This document shows positions 1-11,163 of a stretch of 64,000 nt of DNA, in pieces (within the stretch, counting starts at the first letter, position 1; the number at the start of each line of letters is the position of its first letter). Source of the stretch: a virus. Location of the stretch: the IMG/VR virus record IMGVR_UViG_3300029394_000152. One strand, given 5' to 3'. The position numbers and the translations under genes are program-made. The notes beneath the pieces were generated by a model. The model ran no database searches, was not told the origin of the DNA, and saw only the letters and a program-made list of their open reading frames with translations.

Positions 1-47
1 CGTGGAGTTTGCGGTTCTCCGCAAGAATACAGCGTTTCAGCATGGTT

Positions 48-797
48 TTATACCTCCTCGTCCTGTACCTTGCGCCACGCAAGGGCAAACAGCACAGCGC
101 CCAGCGCAAGGGTGAAAGCCAGCAGCCCCCAGTTGAAGGGGCGGGTGCCGTAGGTGACGGTGTGGGTGGCCTGGTCCCAGTTCGCCACTTCGTAGGCGCT
201 CAGAGGAATGTAGTACCCAAAGGGCACAAAATAACTGGCAAGCGGCGGCATAAAAGCAGAGAACAGCCCCACCAGCGCCCCTACAATGCCCACGCAGAGC
301 GCCGGCAGGGGATTGCCCACCCACAGCATCAGCAGAAATTCTCCAAAGAAGAGCATTGTGTCCACCGCCAGCGTGCAGATGAATAGGTAGACCAGCTGCC
401 CAGTGGGAAAGGCTTCGGTATAACCATGAACGCGCCCCAGCACCGGAACGCAGGCCAGCTCCAGCACCGTGACCAGAAGAACTTCCAGCACCCCAAAGAC
501 CGCTTTGCCTGCAAACAGGCTGCGGCGGCTCTGCAGGGTGTAGAGCAGCTTTGCGGTGTTGCCTTTGATCTCCATATCCCACAGCCGGGAGGCCAGCACT
601 GCCATCATCACCGGCATCAGAATGGCTTCAATGACGGGCAGGCTGTAAAGCAGGGCGCTGTAACCGTTGGCGAGCTCCTCCGGGTCAGCTGGGGCAAGGC
701 CGCCCACCCATAGCACAACAATGCCGGGGATGAACAGGCAGAGAGCAAGGTCGTGCCGACGGTGGGCTTTTTGCAGTTCTGCACGGAAAGCTGCCAT
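48..797 (-). CDS. ABC-2 family transporter permease
   Basis: 249-aa hydrophobic multi-TM ORF; start lies 2 nt downstream of the ATPase stop (translational coupling). Confidence 0.65.
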   Translation of the reverse strand: MAAFRAELQKAHRRHDLALCLFIPGIVVLWVGGLAPADPEELANGYSALLYSLPVIEAILMPVMMAVLASRLWDMEIKGNTAKLLYTLQSRRSLFAGKAVFGVLEVLLVTVLELACVPVLGRVHGYTEAFPTGQLVYLFICTLAVDTMLFFGEFLLMLWVGNPLPALCVGIVGALVGLFSAFMPPLASYFVPFGYYIPLSAYEVANWDQATHTVTYGTRPFNWGLLAFTLALGAVLFALAWRKVQDEEV

Positions 798-798
798 C

Positions 799-1725
799 TT
801 ACGCCACCTCCCCGCTGGTCTGGGTCAAGCTGAGGAAGATGTCCTCAAGGCTCTTTGTCTGGGCCGTCAGGCCAACCACACCCACGCCGCTTTCGGCAAG
901 GGTACAGACCAGCGCCGCCAGCGCTTCGTCCGGCAGCGGGGGAAGCTGCAGGGTGTCCGGCTGGTCTGCCGGTGCGGTGGCTTTTACTCCCTGCTGCTGC
1001 AGGATGGCTGCGGCTTTGGATGCATCCAGCACCCGCAGCAGAATGCCGCCCCGGCTGTGCTTTTGCAGCTGCTGCAAGGAGCCCTCGAACAGCAGCCTGC
1101 CGTGGTTCAGGATGCCCACCTGATCCACCATCTGCTCGATCTCGCCCAGCAGGTGGCTGGAGATCAGCACGGTGGCTCCGGTGGTCTGCGGCATGGAAGC
1201 AATCAGACTGCGCATCTCCTGAATGCCCGCCGGGTCCAGACCGTTGGTGGGTTCATCTAAAATTAGCAGTTTGGGGCTGCCCAGCAGCGCCATGGCAATG
1301 CCCAGCCGCTGCTTCATGCCAAGGGAATACTGCCCCACCTTCCGGTTAGCGTCTTTGGTCAGGTGCACGATCTCCAGCACCCGGCTGATGTCCTTCCGGT
1401 CCACGTCCTTCAGGTCGGCCACGATGGAAAGGTTTTCCCGGGCGGTCAGGTGCAGGTAACCGGAGGGGGATTCGATCAGGCTGCCGGTCTGCCGCAGCAG
1501 GGCAATGCGGTTTGCTTCGTTCAGGGTGTGCCCAAGCAGTTCCACACTGCCACCGGTGGGGTGTACAAGCCCCAACAGCATCTTCATGGTGGTGGATTTG
1601 CCCGCACCGTTGGGGCCTAAAAAGCCGTAAACACAGCCCTCCGGGACAGTCAGGTTCAAATGATCCACCACCGGACGGCCATGGTAGCTTTTGCAAAGGG
1701 TATGGGTCTCGATCACAGGTTTCAT
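799..1725 (-). CDS. ABC transporter ATP-binding protein
   Basis: Walker A LGPNGAGKST, signature YSLGMKQRL, Walker B LLILDEP; start trimmed to the MKPVIE ATG with a GGAGA RBS. Confidence 0.85.
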   Translation of the reverse strand: MKPVIETHTLCKSYHGRPVVDHLNLTVPEGCVYGFLGPNGAGKSTTMKMLLGLVHPTGGSVELLGHTLNEANRIALLRQTGSLIESPSGYLHLTARENLSIVADLKDVDRKDISRVLEIVHLTKDANRKVGQYSLGMKQRLGIAMALLGSPKLLILDEPTNGLDPAGIQEMRSLIASMPQTTGATVLISSHLLGEIEQMVDQVGILNHGRLLFEGSLQQLQKHSRGGILLRVLDASKAAAILQQQGVKATAPADQPDTLQLPPLPDEALAALVCTLAESGVGVVGLTAQTKSLEDIFLSLTQTSGEVA

Positions 1726-1890
1726 AAATGGTCTCCTTTCACATTCATGGTTTTCGGAATGATGCCAGAATACACCCGCTGCCTTAAACTGACCGGAAGC
1801 GCAGCTTAATTTACCCTTAAATTTGCAGGTGTTTTCCGCTGTGGCGCGAAAAGTGTGGTATAGTAAAGGCGGGAAAGGAGAACTGCCCTT

Positions 1891-2610
1891 ATGGATACCG
1901 TTTATGATGCAAAGCTTCTCATTGTGGATGACAACGCCGAGCTGCTGGCACTGCTGTGTGAGCAGCTGCGGGGCGCAGGATATGGCCATATCAGAACCGC
2001 CCAAAGCTGCGCCGCTGCCCGCGCCTGTTTTGCGGCAGAGCAGCCGGAGCTGATGATCCTGGATATCAACCTGCCGGATGGGGATGGATTTTCGCTGTTC
2101 CGGGCGCTGCGGGCAAAAGCGGATGTCCCGGCGCTGTTCCTCTCCGCACGGGACGCGGATGCCGACCGTCTGTTTGGGCTGGGTCTTGGCGCAGATGACT
2201 ACCTGACCAAGCCTTTTCTGATGCAGGAACTGCTACTGCGGGTGCAGCATATTTTGCAGCGGGCGTACCGGGCAGAGCTGTCCCGTACAAAACCGGCACC
2301 TTTGCAGCTGGGGGAGCGGTGCGTAGACCTGAATGATGCCATTGTTACCCTGCCAGAGGGCAAAACACTGACGCTGACTGCTACCGAGCTGGCGCTGCTG
2401 CGGAAATTGGCAGAGAACCGGGGACACATCGTTACCTACGATGCCCTTTGTGCGGCGGTCTGGGGCGCAGATTACTATGGCTACGAGAACAGTCTGGGTG
2501 TACATATCCGGCATCTGCGGGAGAAGCTGGAAGCTGAACCCGGTGCGCCGCAGTTTCTGCGGACGGTGCGGGGCATTGGCTATAAGCTGACAAAGGGGGA
2601 AGAAGCATGA
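1891..2610 (+). CDS. OmpR-family response regulator
   Basis: receiver domain (LIVDDN...ILDINLPDGDG) plus winged-helix C-terminus; AAAGGAG RBS. Confidence 0.9.
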   Translation: MDTVYDAKLLIVDDNAELLALLCEQLRGAGYGHIRTAQSCAAARACFAAEQPELMILDINLPDGDGFSLFRALRAKADVPALFLSARDADADRLFGLGLGADDYLTKPFLMQELLLRVQHILQRAYRAELSRTKPAPLQLGERCVDLNDAIVTLPEGKTLTLTATELALLRKLAENRGHIVTYDALCAAVWGADYYGYENSLGVHIRHLREKLEAEPGAPQFLRTVRGIGYKLTKGEEA

Positions 2611-3974
2611 AAACCTTTGTGCGCCTGATCCGGCGGTATGTGCTGGCGGCGGTGGGCATCGTTCTGCTGCTATTGTTTTCCGGTGTTGCAGTGCTGGGCT
2701 GGCTGGGTTGGCACGAGGGCTGCCGCCTGCCGCAGCGGGAGTATTCATCCAGCGAGATCGCGGATTCTATGGTGGAGACCGCCGAAGGGCTTGCCTTTGG
2801 GGCAGAATGCACCCCGCAGGAGTGGATGAATGGCTACGAATGGGCGATGGTACTGGACGATGTGGGAAACATCCGCTGGAGCTACGGCCTGCCGCAGGAG
2901 CTGAACCATGCCTACACTCCCGGCGATATCGCCAAATTTGCCCGCTGGTATCTGGCGGATTACCCGGTGTTCTGCTGGACAGAACCCTACGGACTGTTCG
3001 TCATCGGGCTGCCAAAGGGGAGCCTGTGGAAGTACAGCATTTACAGCTCACCGGACTTTGCCCTGAGCATGGTGCGGGTGCTCCCGGCAGCAGTGCTGGG
3101 AATGCTGCTGCTGGGTCTGGCGCTCTGCTTCTGGCTGAGCTGGCGGGGGGCAAAGCGGCTGGAGACCGTGGCAAACGGTCTGGAAGCACTGGCGCAGGGG
3201 CAGACCGTCCGGCTGCCTACCGACGGTTTTGCCGGGGAATTGGCAGAAAAGCTGAACCAGACCGGGGCGCAGCTGCAAGCCAGAAATGAGATGCTTTCCC
3301 GGCGGGACAATGCCCGCACCCAGTGGATCGCAGGGGTCAGCCATGACGTGCGCACTCCGCTGGCGCTGATCTTAGGCTGGGCGGAGCAACTGGAACAGGA
3401 TGCACTTTTGCCGGACAGCTCCCGGCAGAAAGCGACCGGCATCCGCACCCAGTGCGAAAAGCTCCGTACCCTCATTGATGATCTGAACCTGACCAGTAAG
3501 CTGGAATACGGTGCCCAACCCCTGCGCCGGAAAGACCTCCGGGCAGGGCCGCTGTTCCGGCAGCTGGTGGCGCAGTTCTGCGAAAGCCCACTGGCAGAGC
3601 GCTGCGAGATCACGCTGGAACAGGAAGAACCAGCAGAGCAGACAGTGCTTTCGGTGGATGAGGCGCTGCTGGCACGGCTGCTGGAAAATCTGCTGAACAA
3701 CAGCGTCCGGCATAACCTAAAGCCGGTGAACATTACGGTGCACACCCGGCAGGTAGGGGAGCGCTTCTGCCTGACCGTGGCAGATGACGGTATCGGCTAT
3801 CCGGCTGCCGTTCTGGTGGCACTGAACGCTGCGGAGCCTGCCGAAAATGCGCCTCATATCCTTGGCCTGTATGTAGTGCAGCAGATCGCCGCCGCCCATG
3901 GCGGCACGGCAGTGTTTGGGCAGAACACCCCCTGCGGGGCAAAAACAACGGTCTGGCTGCCCGGCCGGGCGTGA
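2607..3974 (+). CDS. sensor histidine kinase
   Basis: two N-terminal TM segments, HisKA H-box SHDVRTPLA and an HATPase region; ATGA overlap with the regulator. Confidence 0.85.
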   Translation: MKTFVRLIRRYVLAAVGIVLLLLFSGVAVLGWLGWHEGCRLPQREYSSSEIADSMVETAEGLAFGAECTPQEWMNGYEWAMVLDDVGNIRWSYGLPQELNHAYTPGDIAKFARWYLADYPVFCWTEPYGLFVIGLPKGSLWKYSIYSSPDFALSMVRVLPAAVLGMLLLGLALCFWLSWRGAKRLETVANGLEALAQGQTVRLPTDGFAGELAEKLNQTGAQLQARNEMLSRRDNARTQWIAGVSHDVRTPLALILGWAEQLEQDALLPDSSRQKATGIRTQCEKLRTLIDDLNLTSKLEYGAQPLRRKDLRAGPLFRQLVAQFCESPLAERCEITLEQEEPAEQTVLSVDEALLARLLENLLNNSVRHNLKPVNITVHTRQVGERFCLTVADDGIGYPAAVLVALNAAEPAENAPHILGLYVVQQIAAAHGGTAVFGQNTPCGAKTTVWLPGRA

Positions 3975-3997
3975 ACGGGGCAAAAAAGAAAATAGCG

Positions 3998-4040
3998 CAA
4001 AAAACAGGCCGCTGCTTGCAGTTGTTGCAAACAGCGGTCT
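3998..4040. terminator. hairpin between convergent genes (possible bidirectional terminator)
   Basis: ggccgctg...cagcggtc stem between the kinase stop and the rluD-like stop. Confidence 0.35.
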
Positions 4041-4045
4041 TATTG

Positions 4046-5035
4046 TTATGCGTTTTTGCTTTTATCCAGCGCGTCAAACTGCTGTAAGATCTGGGGGTCT
4101 TTCAGCTTGATGACCTTGCCGGAGAGGTAGTGCAGGGTGTTTTCCTCCGGTATATCCAGAAAGCTGATGCGCACCGCGCACAGTGCCTGCGTCTTGGTGC
4201 CGGTACGCTCGTTCATCTTGCGGTTGCCGTATTTGATATCGCCCAGCACCGGCTTGCCCAGATAGGCCAGATGGGCACGGATCTGGTGGGTGCGCCCGGT
4301 GACAAGGCCGATCTTGCACAGGGCAAAGGGGCCTGCGGTGCGCAGCACGTCCACGTCCGTAATGATCTGCTTGCGGCGCTCGTCCTGCGATTGATGGGCG
4401 TGGATGCTGACCTTGTTGTTTTTCTCGTCGTGCTCCCACCATGCGGTGAACCGCCCGGACTGCGGAATGCCCACCGTGATGGTGTAGTATTCCTTTTTCA
4501 GCAGGTCGGTGCGGATGATCTCGTTCATGTCCCGCAGGGCGGCGTAGTTCTTGGCAGCGATCACCAGCCCCTCTGTGCCGCGGTCCAGCCGGTTGCAGAT
4601 GCCGGGTTTGAAGCGGTTCTCACCGTGGGGGTCATACTCGCCCTTCTGGGTCAGGTACTGGGTAAAGGCATCCACCAGATTGGCATCGCCGGTGCGGTCG
4701 CTGTGGCAAAGCAGATGGGTGGGCTTGTACAGCACTGCAAGGTTTTCATCCTCGTAGATGACCGTTACCTTGGGCTGATTGGGCTGCTTTTTGGGGGCAG
4801 CCTTCTGCACCGGCTTTGCGCCCTCGGGCGGGAAGAACTCGTCGTTGATGTACAACTCGATCAGGTCTCCCGCCTGCAAACGGTATTCCGGTGCGGCCTT
4901 TTTGCCGTTCACCTTCACCCGCTTGTTGCGGAAACTCTTGTACAGCAGGCTGGTGGGAAAATCGCGGGTCACGCTCTGCACAAAGCGCGAAAGACGCACG
5001 CCGTCATCGTTGGCGGTGGCAGTAAATTGTTTCAT
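4046..5035 (-). CDS. RluA-family 23S rRNA pseudouridine synthase (RluD-like, S4 domain)
   Basis: N-terminal S4 RNA-binding region and the catalytic HQIRAH motif. Confidence 0.85.
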   Translation of the reverse strand: MKQFTATANDDGVRLSRFVQSVTRDFPTSLLYKSFRNKRVKVNGKKAAPEYRLQAGDLIELYINDEFFPPEGAKPVQKAAPKKQPNQPKVTVIYEDENLAVLYKPTHLLCHSDRTGDANLVDAFTQYLTQKGEYDPHGENRFKPGICNRLDRGTEGLVIAAKNYAALRDMNEIIRTDLLKKEYYTITVGIPQSGRFTAWWEHDEKNNKVSIHAHQSQDERRKQIITDVDVLRTAGPFALCKIGLVTGRTHQIRAHLAYLGKPVLGDIKYGNRKMNERTGTKTQALCAVRISFLDIPEENTLHYLSGKVIKLKDPQILQQFDALDKSKNA

Positions 5036-5204
5036 AAAGCTATCCTCATCGTTTTTGTCAGAATCATGCTTTTATAGTAATACAGGCGGGACGGGAAGTC
5101 AACGCGCATTCCGGTGCAAAATCCGGGTTATTTTTGCAGAACGCTTGTGTTTGCGCCGCAAAATGGGTACTATAAGGAGAGAACATAGAAAAAGGAGTAC
5201 CGCC

Positions 5205-5924
5205 ATGGCAGAGAATAAACGGCACAAGGGACATCGCCAGCGGATGCGGGAGCGGGTGCAGAGCTACGGGCTGGACAGTCTGGCCGAGCACGAGGCGCTG
5301 GAATATGTGCTTTACCTGACCAACGCCCAAAGGGACACCAACGGCATCGCCCACGACCTGATCGATCGGTTCGGGGATTTTGCGGCGGTGCTGGAGGCCA
5401 GTGAGGAGGAACTGTGCACCGTGGAGGGCGTAGGCCCCTCTACTGCCCGGATGCTGCATCTGCTGCCCCAGATCAGCCGGTACTATGGCCGCAGCCGCAC
5501 CAGCACCACCCGCTGCATCAAGACCACCGAGCAGATGGGCAGCTATCTGATGGCAAAGTTTGCGTGGTCGGACTACGAGCGCGCCATGCTGGTCAGCCTG
5601 GACAGCCGCAAGCGGGTGCGCGCCGCCGTCTGGCTGCGGGAGGGCACCTCCGACCGGGTCAGTCTGGATATCAAGAACGTGGTGGCTGCCGCCATCAAGG
5701 GCGGTACGGATGCCGTGGTGCTCTGCCACAACCACCCCAACGGGGTGGCGCTGCCCTCGCTGGAGGACATGGACGCTACCGGCAGCATTGCCCGGGCACT
5801 GGGGCTGGTGAATGTGCACCTGCTGGACCACTTTATCCTGACCGACACCGAGTATTTTTCCATGCGGGACGCCAACCGCCTGCCCATCTACGATTTCAAG
5901 ACCGGCACGCTGTTCTGGCCGTAA
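5205..5924 (+). CDS. RadC-like JAB/MPN domain protein
   Basis: helix-hairpin-helix N-terminus and JAMM motif HNHPNG; AAAGGAG RBS 7 nt upstream of the ATG. Confidence 0.8.
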   Translation: MAENKRHKGHRQRMRERVQSYGLDSLAEHEALEYVLYLTNAQRDTNGIAHDLIDRFGDFAAVLEASEEELCTVEGVGPSTARMLHLLPQISRYYGRSRTSTTRCIKTTEQMGSYLMAKFAWSDYERAMLVSLDSRKRVRAAVWLREGTSDRVSLDIKNVVAAAIKGGTDAVVLCHNHPNGVALPSLEDMDATGSIARALGLVNVHLLDHFILTDTEYFSMRDANRLPIYDFKTGTLFWP

Positions 5925-6017
5925 AACAAAAAACTGTTTACATTATAAAATGTGCGTGCTATAATACAACTTGAAGCAACAACGGATTGTGGTTATACGC
6001 ACGGAAGGGAGAAAACG

Positions 6018-8075
6018 ATGGCAGAGGAAAAATTTGAACTGGTGTCGAACTATGCCCCCACTGGCGACCAGCCTCAGGCGATCGCGCAGCTGGTGGAGGG
6101 GGTGCAGCGGGGTGACCGCTGCCAGACCCTGCTGGGCGTGACCGGCAGCGGCAAAACCTTTACCATGGCCAACGTCATTGCCCAGTGCAACCGCCCCACG
6201 CTGGTGCTGGCGCACAACAAAACGCTGGCGGCGCAGCTGTGTACCGAGTTCCGCTCGTTTTTCCCCAACAATGCGGTGGAGTACTTCGTCAGCTACTACG
6301 ACTACTACCAGCCGGAGGCCTACATTCCCAGCACCGATACCTATATTGAAAAGGACAGCGCTATCAACGACGAGATCGACCGCCTGCGCCATTCGGCTAC
6401 GGCGGCACTTTCCGAGCGGCGGGACGTCATTATTGTGGCCTCGGTGTCCTGCATCTACTCGCTGGGCGACCCCATCGACTACCGCAGCATGGTCATCAGT
6501 CTGCGCCCCGGGATGCAGATGGAGCGGGATGAGTTGTGCAAAAAGCTGGTCACCCTGCAATACGAGCGCAACGACGTGAATTTTGTGCGCAATAAGTTCC
6601 GGGTACATGGCGACACGGTGGACATTTATCTGGCTTATATGAGCGAGCTTGCCATCCGGGTGGAGTTTTTCGGGGACGAGATCGACCGCATTACCGAGTT
6701 CAACCCCTTGACCGGCTCCAAGCAGAACGTGGTCAAGCACGTTGCTATCTTCCCGGCCAGCCACTATATCGTCAGCGCGGAAAAAAAGGCCGCTGCGCTG
6801 GAAAAGATCCGCGCCGAGTGCGACGCACAGGTCAAGCAGTTCACCGCCGAGGGCAAGCTGATCGAAGCGCAGCGCATTGCCCAGCGCACCAACTACGATA
6901 TCGAGATGCTGAATGAGGTGGGTATCTGCAAGGGCATCGAAAACTATTCGGCGGTGCTGTCCGGCCGCGCGCCGGGCAGTATGCCCACCACCTTGCTGGA
7001 TTATTTCCCGGAGGATTTTCTGCTCTTCGTGGACGAGAGCCACGTCACCCTGCCGCAGGTGCGCGCCATGTACGGCGGCGACTACGCCCGCAAAAAAACG
7101 CTGGTGGAGTATGGTTTCCGTCTGCCGTCCGCCTTCGATAACCGCCCCCTGAAATTTGAGGAGGTGGAGTCCAAACTCAACCAGATGATCTTTGTCTCCG
7201 CCACCCCCGGCGAGTACGAGCGCCGGAACAGTTCGCAGGTGGCGCAGCAGGTCATCCGTCCCACGGGTCTTTTGGACCCGGTCATCTCGGTGCGCCCGGT
7301 GGAAGGGCAGGTGGTGGATCTGCTGGGCGAGATCAATGCCCGCATCCAGCGGCAGGAGCGGGTGCTTGTGACCACCCTGACCAAAAAGATGGCCGAGGAT
7401 CTCACCGATTACCTCACCGAGCAGGGGATCAAGGTCAAGTATATGCACCACGAGGTGGATACCTTCGAGCGCATGGAGATCATCAAGGATCTGCGTTTGG
7501 GCAGCATCGACGTGGTGGTGGGCATCAACCTGCTGCGCGAGGGGCTGGATCTGCCGGAGGTGAGCCTTGTGGCCATTCTGGATGCCGACAAGGAGGGCTT
7601 TCTGCGCAGCGAGACCAGCCTGATCCAGACCATCGGCCGCGCTGCCCGCAATGCGGAGGGCATGGTCATCATGTACGCCGATGTGGTGACCGACAGTATG
7701 GAGCGCGCCATCACCGAGACCGAGCGCCGCCGCGCCATTCAGATGGCCTATAATGAGGAACACGGCATCGTGCCCAAGACCATCGTCAAGGCCATTGCGG
7801 ACAGCATCGAGATCAGCGATAAGGCCGAAAACGCCAAGCGCAACACCCGCCGCATGGGCAAGATGGAGCGGGAAGCTGCCATTGAGCGCCTGACCCGGGA
7901 GATGAAGGAAGCCGCGAAGCTGCTGGAATTTGAGCACGCAGCCTTCCTGCGGGATCAGATCGACCGCCTGCGCCGTGGCGAGAACCCCACCGTGGACTCC
8001 GCCGCCGAGACCGAACGCAAACAGAACCATGCACAGACACAACGAAAAGGGAGAAAATACCTTGGCAAACGATAA
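6018..8075 (+). CDS. uvrB: excinuclease ABC subunit B
   Basis: GVTGSGKT Walker A, helicase motifs and a UvrB/C-interaction C-terminus; start at the MAEEKF ATG with a GGGAG RBS. Confidence 0.95.
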   Translation: MAEEKFELVSNYAPTGDQPQAIAQLVEGVQRGDRCQTLLGVTGSGKTFTMANVIAQCNRPTLVLAHNKTLAAQLCTEFRSFFPNNAVEYFVSYYDYYQPEAYIPSTDTYIEKDSAINDEIDRLRHSATAALSERRDVIIVASVSCIYSLGDPIDYRSMVISLRPGMQMERDELCKKLVTLQYERNDVNFVRNKFRVHGDTVDIYLAYMSELAIRVEFFGDEIDRITEFNPLTGSKQNVVKHVAIFPASHYIVSAEKKAAALEKIRAECDAQVKQFTAEGKLIEAQRIAQRTNYDIEMLNEVGICKGIENYSAVLSGRAPGSMPTTLLDYFPEDFLLFVDESHVTLPQVRAMYGGDYARKKTLVEYGFRLPSAFDNRPLKFEEVESKLNQMIFVSATPGEYERRNSSQVAQQVIRPTGLLDPVISVRPVEGQVVDLLGEINARIQRQERVLVTTLTKKMAEDLTDYLTEQGIKVKYMHHEVDTFERMEIIKDLRLGSIDVVVGINLLREGLDLPEVSLVAILDADKEGFLRSETSLIQTIGRAARNAEGMVIMYADVVTDSMERAITETERRRAIQMAYNEEHGIVPKTIVKAIADSIEISDKAENAKRNTRRMGKMEREAAIERLTREMKEAAKLLEFEHAAFLRDQIDRLRRGENPTVDSAAETERKQNHAQTQRKGRKYLGKR

Positions 8076-10929
8076 AATCATCATCAAGGGTGCCCGCGAG
8101 CACAACCTGAAAAATATCAACCTGACCCTCCCGCGGGAAAAGCTGATCGTCATGACTGGCCTTTCCGGCTCGGGCAAGTCCAGTCTGGCTTTCGATACCA
8201 TCTACGCGGACGGCCAGCGCCGCTATGTGGAAAGCCTTTCCAGCTACGCCCGGATGTTTCTGGGACGGATGGATAAGCCGGACGTGGACGAGATCACCGG
8301 CCTTTCACCGGCTATTTCCATCGACCAAAAGACCACCAGCCACAACCCCCGCTCCACCGTGGGCACTGTGACTGAGATCTACGATTATCTGCGCCTGCTG
8401 TACGCCCGCATTGGCGTGCCGCACTGTCCGGTGTGCGGGCGGGTCATCAGCCAGCAGACCGTGGACGAGATGGTGGATGCCGTTCTCAAGCTGGAGGAGG
8501 GCACAAAGTTCCAGATCTTAGCCCCGGTGGTGCGTCAGCGCAAGGGCACCCAGCAGAAGGAACTGGACGCCGCCCGCCGCGCCGGCTATGCCCGCGTGAA
8601 AATCGACGGCAATCTGTATGATCTGGACGAGGAGATCAGTCTGGAAAAGAACATCAAGCATACGGTGGAAATCGTGGTGGACCGTCTTGCCCTGCGCAAG
8701 GGCATCCGCAGCCGTCTAGCAGACTCGCTGGAAACGGCGCTGGCGCTCACCGGGGGCGTGGCCGAGGTGGACGTCATCGGCGGCGAGTGTATGACCTTCA
8801 GTCAGAACTTTGCCTGCCCGGAGCACGGCATTTCCATCAGCGACCTGTCGCCCCGGCTCTTCTCCTTTAATAACCCGCTGGGTGCCTGCGAAAAATGCAC
8901 CGGCCTTGGCACCTTTATGCGGGTGGACGAGGATCGCATCCTGCCCAACCGCAGCCTTTCCATCCGGGAGGGTGCCATCAAGGCCAGCGGCTGGTATTAC
9001 GCCGAGGGCTCTGTGAGCGAGATGTATTATCTTGGCCTTGGCAAAAAATACGGTTTTACGCTGGATACGCCCATCAAGGAGATGAGCACCGAGGCGGTGA
9101 ACGCCCTGCTCTACGGCACCAACGGCGAAAAGATCGAGATGCACCGCACCAACGAGTTCGGCAGCGGGGTGTACTACAACACCTTTGAGGGCATTGTGGA
9201 AAATCTGGAGCGCCGCTTCCGCGAGACGAGCAGCGAGTGGATGAAGGAAGAAATCGGCAGCTTTATGTCCGGCGTGGAATGCCCGGACTGCCACGGTCAG
9301 CGCCTGAAGCCGGTGGTGCTTGCCGTGACCATCGGGGACAAGAACATCAGCCAGTTCTGTGAGATGTCTATCCGGGATGAACTGGAGTTTATCAGGCAAA
9401 ACGAGCCGAACCTCACCGAAAAGCAGCAGCAGATCGGCGGCCAGATCATGAAGGAGATCAAGAACCGTCTGCAATTCTTGCAGAGTGTGGGTCTGGATTA
9501 TCTCACGCTTGCCCGGGCGGCGGGCACGCTTTCCGGTGGCGAGAGCCAGCGCATCCGTCTGACCACCCAGATCGGCAGCGCTCTGTCCGGCGTGCTCTAT
9601 GTGCTGGACGAGCCCTCTATCGGTCTGCATCAGCGGGACAACGATAAGCTCATCGCTACCTTGAAAAACCTGCGGGATTTGGGCAACACGGTCATCGTGG
9701 TAGAGCACGACGAGGACACCATGCGCAGCGCGGACTATATCGTGGACGTAGGCCCCGGTGCCGGCGTGCACGGCGGCGAGATCGTAGCCGCAGGCAGCGT
9801 AAAGGATATCTGCAAGGCCAAGCGCAGCATTACCGGCGACTATCTCTCCGGCCGCAAGCGCATTGCAGTGCCCCAGACCCGCCGCACCGGCAACGGCCAC
9901 TGTCTGACCGTAAAGGGCGCACGGGAAAATAACCTGCGCAACATCGACGTCAGCTTCCCTCTGGGGGAGTTCATCTGCGTCACCGGCATTTCCGGCTCGG
10001 GCAAGTCCAGCCTCATCAACGAGATCTTGTACAAAACGCTGGCCAGCGAACTGAACGGTGCCCGCTCCCGCGCCGGCAAATGCGATGGGGTAGAGGGGCT
10101 GGAGTTCGTGGATAAGGTCATTGGCATCGATCAGCAGCCCATCGGCCGCACCCCGCGCTCCAACCCCGCCACCTACACCGGCGTGTTCAACGATATCCGC
10201 ACCGTATTCTCCCAGACGCAGGACGCCAAGATGCGCGGCTACGGCCCGGGACGGTTCAGCTTCAACGTCAAGGGCGGCCGCTGCGAAGCCTGCGAGGGCA
10301 ACGGCATTCTGCAGATCGAGATGCACTTTTTGCCGGATGTATATGTGCCCTGCGAGGTGTGCAAGGGCGCGCGCTACAACCGCGAAACGCTGGAAGTAAA
10401 GTATAAGGAAAAGACCATTGCGGATGTGCTGAACATGACCGTGGAGGAAGCGGTGGTGTTCTTTGCCAACCAGCCCAAGATCGCCCGCAAGCTGCAAACG
10501 CTGCTGGACGTGGGTCTTGGCTACGTCACCTTGGGGCAGAGCGCCACCACCCTGTCCGGTGGCGAGGCGCAGCGCGTAAAGCTGGCCAACGAGCTTGCCC
10601 GCCGCGGCACCGGCAAAACGGTGTATATTCTGGACGAGCCCACCACCGGCCTGCACATTGCAGACGTGCACCGCCTGATCGAGGTGCTGCAAAAACTGGT
10701 GGACGTGGGCAATACGGTCATCGTCATCGAGCATAATCTGGATCTGATCAAGTGTGCCGACCATATCATCGACCTTGGCCCGGAGGGCGGCAGTGCCGGT
10801 GGCGAGATCGTGGCCGAGGGTACCCCGGAGCAGGTGGCCGCCGTGCCCGGCAGCTTTACCGGCCAGTACCTGCGCCCGCTGCTGGAACGCGACCGTGCGC
10901 AGCGCGCCGCAGAAGCGGAAAAACACTGA
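8062..10929 (+). CDS. uvrA: excinuclease ABC subunit A
   Basis: two ABC cassettes ([18 protein letters not shown]), zinc-finger cysteines; N-terminus aligns to UvrA only from a TTG that overlaps the uvrB stop by 14 nt. Confidence 0.93.
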   Translation: MANDKIIIKGAREHNLKNINLTLPREKLIVMTGLSGSGKSSLAFDTIYADGQRRYVESLSSYARMFLGRMDKPDVDEITGLSPAISIDQKTTSHNPRSTVGTVTEIYDYLRLLYARIGVPHCPVCGRVISQQTVDEMVDAVLKLEEGTKFQILAPVVRQRKGTQQKELDAARRAGYARVKIDGNLYDLDEEISLEKNIKHTVEIVVDRLALRKGIRSRLADSLETALALTGGVAEVDVIGGECMTFSQNFACPEHGISISDLSPRLFSFNNPLGACEKCTGLGTFMRVDEDRILPNRSLSIREGAIKASGWYYAEGSVSEMYYLGLGKKYGFTLDTPIKEMSTEAVNALLYGTNGEKIEMHRTNEFGSGVYYNTFEGIVENLERRFRETSSEWMKEEIGSFMSGVECPDCHGQRLKPVVLAVTIGDKNISQFCEMSIRDELEFIRQNEPNLTEKQQQIGGQIMKEIKNRLQFLQSVGLDYLTLARAAGTLSGGESQRIRLTTQIGSALSGVLYVLDEPSIGLHQRDNDKLIATLKNLRDLGNTVIVVEHDEDTMRSADYIVDVGPGAGVHGGEIVAAGSVKDICKAKRSITGDYLSGRKRIAVPQTRRTGNGHCLTVKGARENNLRNIDVSFPLGEFICVTGISGSGKSSLINEILYKTLASELNGARSRAGKCDGVEGLEFVDKVIGIDQQPIGRTPRSNPATYTGVFNDIRTVFSQTQDAKMRGYGPGRFSFNVKGGRCEACEGNGILQIEMHFLPDVYVPCEVCKGARYNRETLEVKYKEKTIADVLNMTVEEAVVFFANQPKIARKLQTLLDVGLGYVTLGQSATTLSGGEAQRVKLANELARRGTGKTVYILDEPTTGLHIADVHRLIEVLQKLVDVGNTVIVIEHNLDLIKCADHIIDLGPEGGSAGGEIVAEGTPEQVAAVPGSFTGQYLRPLLERDRAQRAAEAEKH

Positions 10930-11013
10930 CAAAAACAGCAAAAACGAAAAAGCGCGTATCCGTGTGAAAATCAGAATTTTCTCAGAAAAAACCAAAAATA
11001 ATCGAAAAATCTG

Positions 11014-11042
11014 TTGACAAAACGGCCTTACCTGAGTATAAT
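11014..11042 (+). promoter_or_regulatory. sigma-70 consensus promoter for the tRNA
   Basis: TTGACA, 17-nt spacer, TATAAT, about 45 nt upstream of the tRNA. Confidence 0.55.
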
Positions 11043-11085
11043 GTTTCTTGTCGCCACGCTTCGGTAGGGAAGCGACGGTCGATAT

Positions 11086-11163
11086 CCGGGTGTAGCGCAG
11101 TTTTGGTAGCGCGCTTGAATGGGGTTCAAGAGGCCGTGAGTTCGATTCTCGCCACTCGGACCA
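11086..11163 (+). tRNA. tRNA-Pro (GGG)
   Basis: cloverleaf with 7-bp acceptor, C1:G72 and A73 typical of bacterial tRNA-Pro, anticodon loop AUGGGGU, T-loop TTCGATT, encoded CCA. Confidence 0.8.

Noticed and set aside
4130-5077. 315-aa plus-strand ORF opposite the rluD-like gene
   Set aside because: Antisense to a well-supported pseudouridine synthase; no RBS or domain signal.
5943-8201. 752-aa minus-strand ORF antisense to uvrB, and a similar 849-aa ORF at 8716-11265 antisense to uvrA
   Set aside because: High-GC antisense frames with low-complexity Gly/Ala/Arg-rich translations. They are fully overlapped by the strongly supported uvrB and uvrA genes and run through the tRNA.
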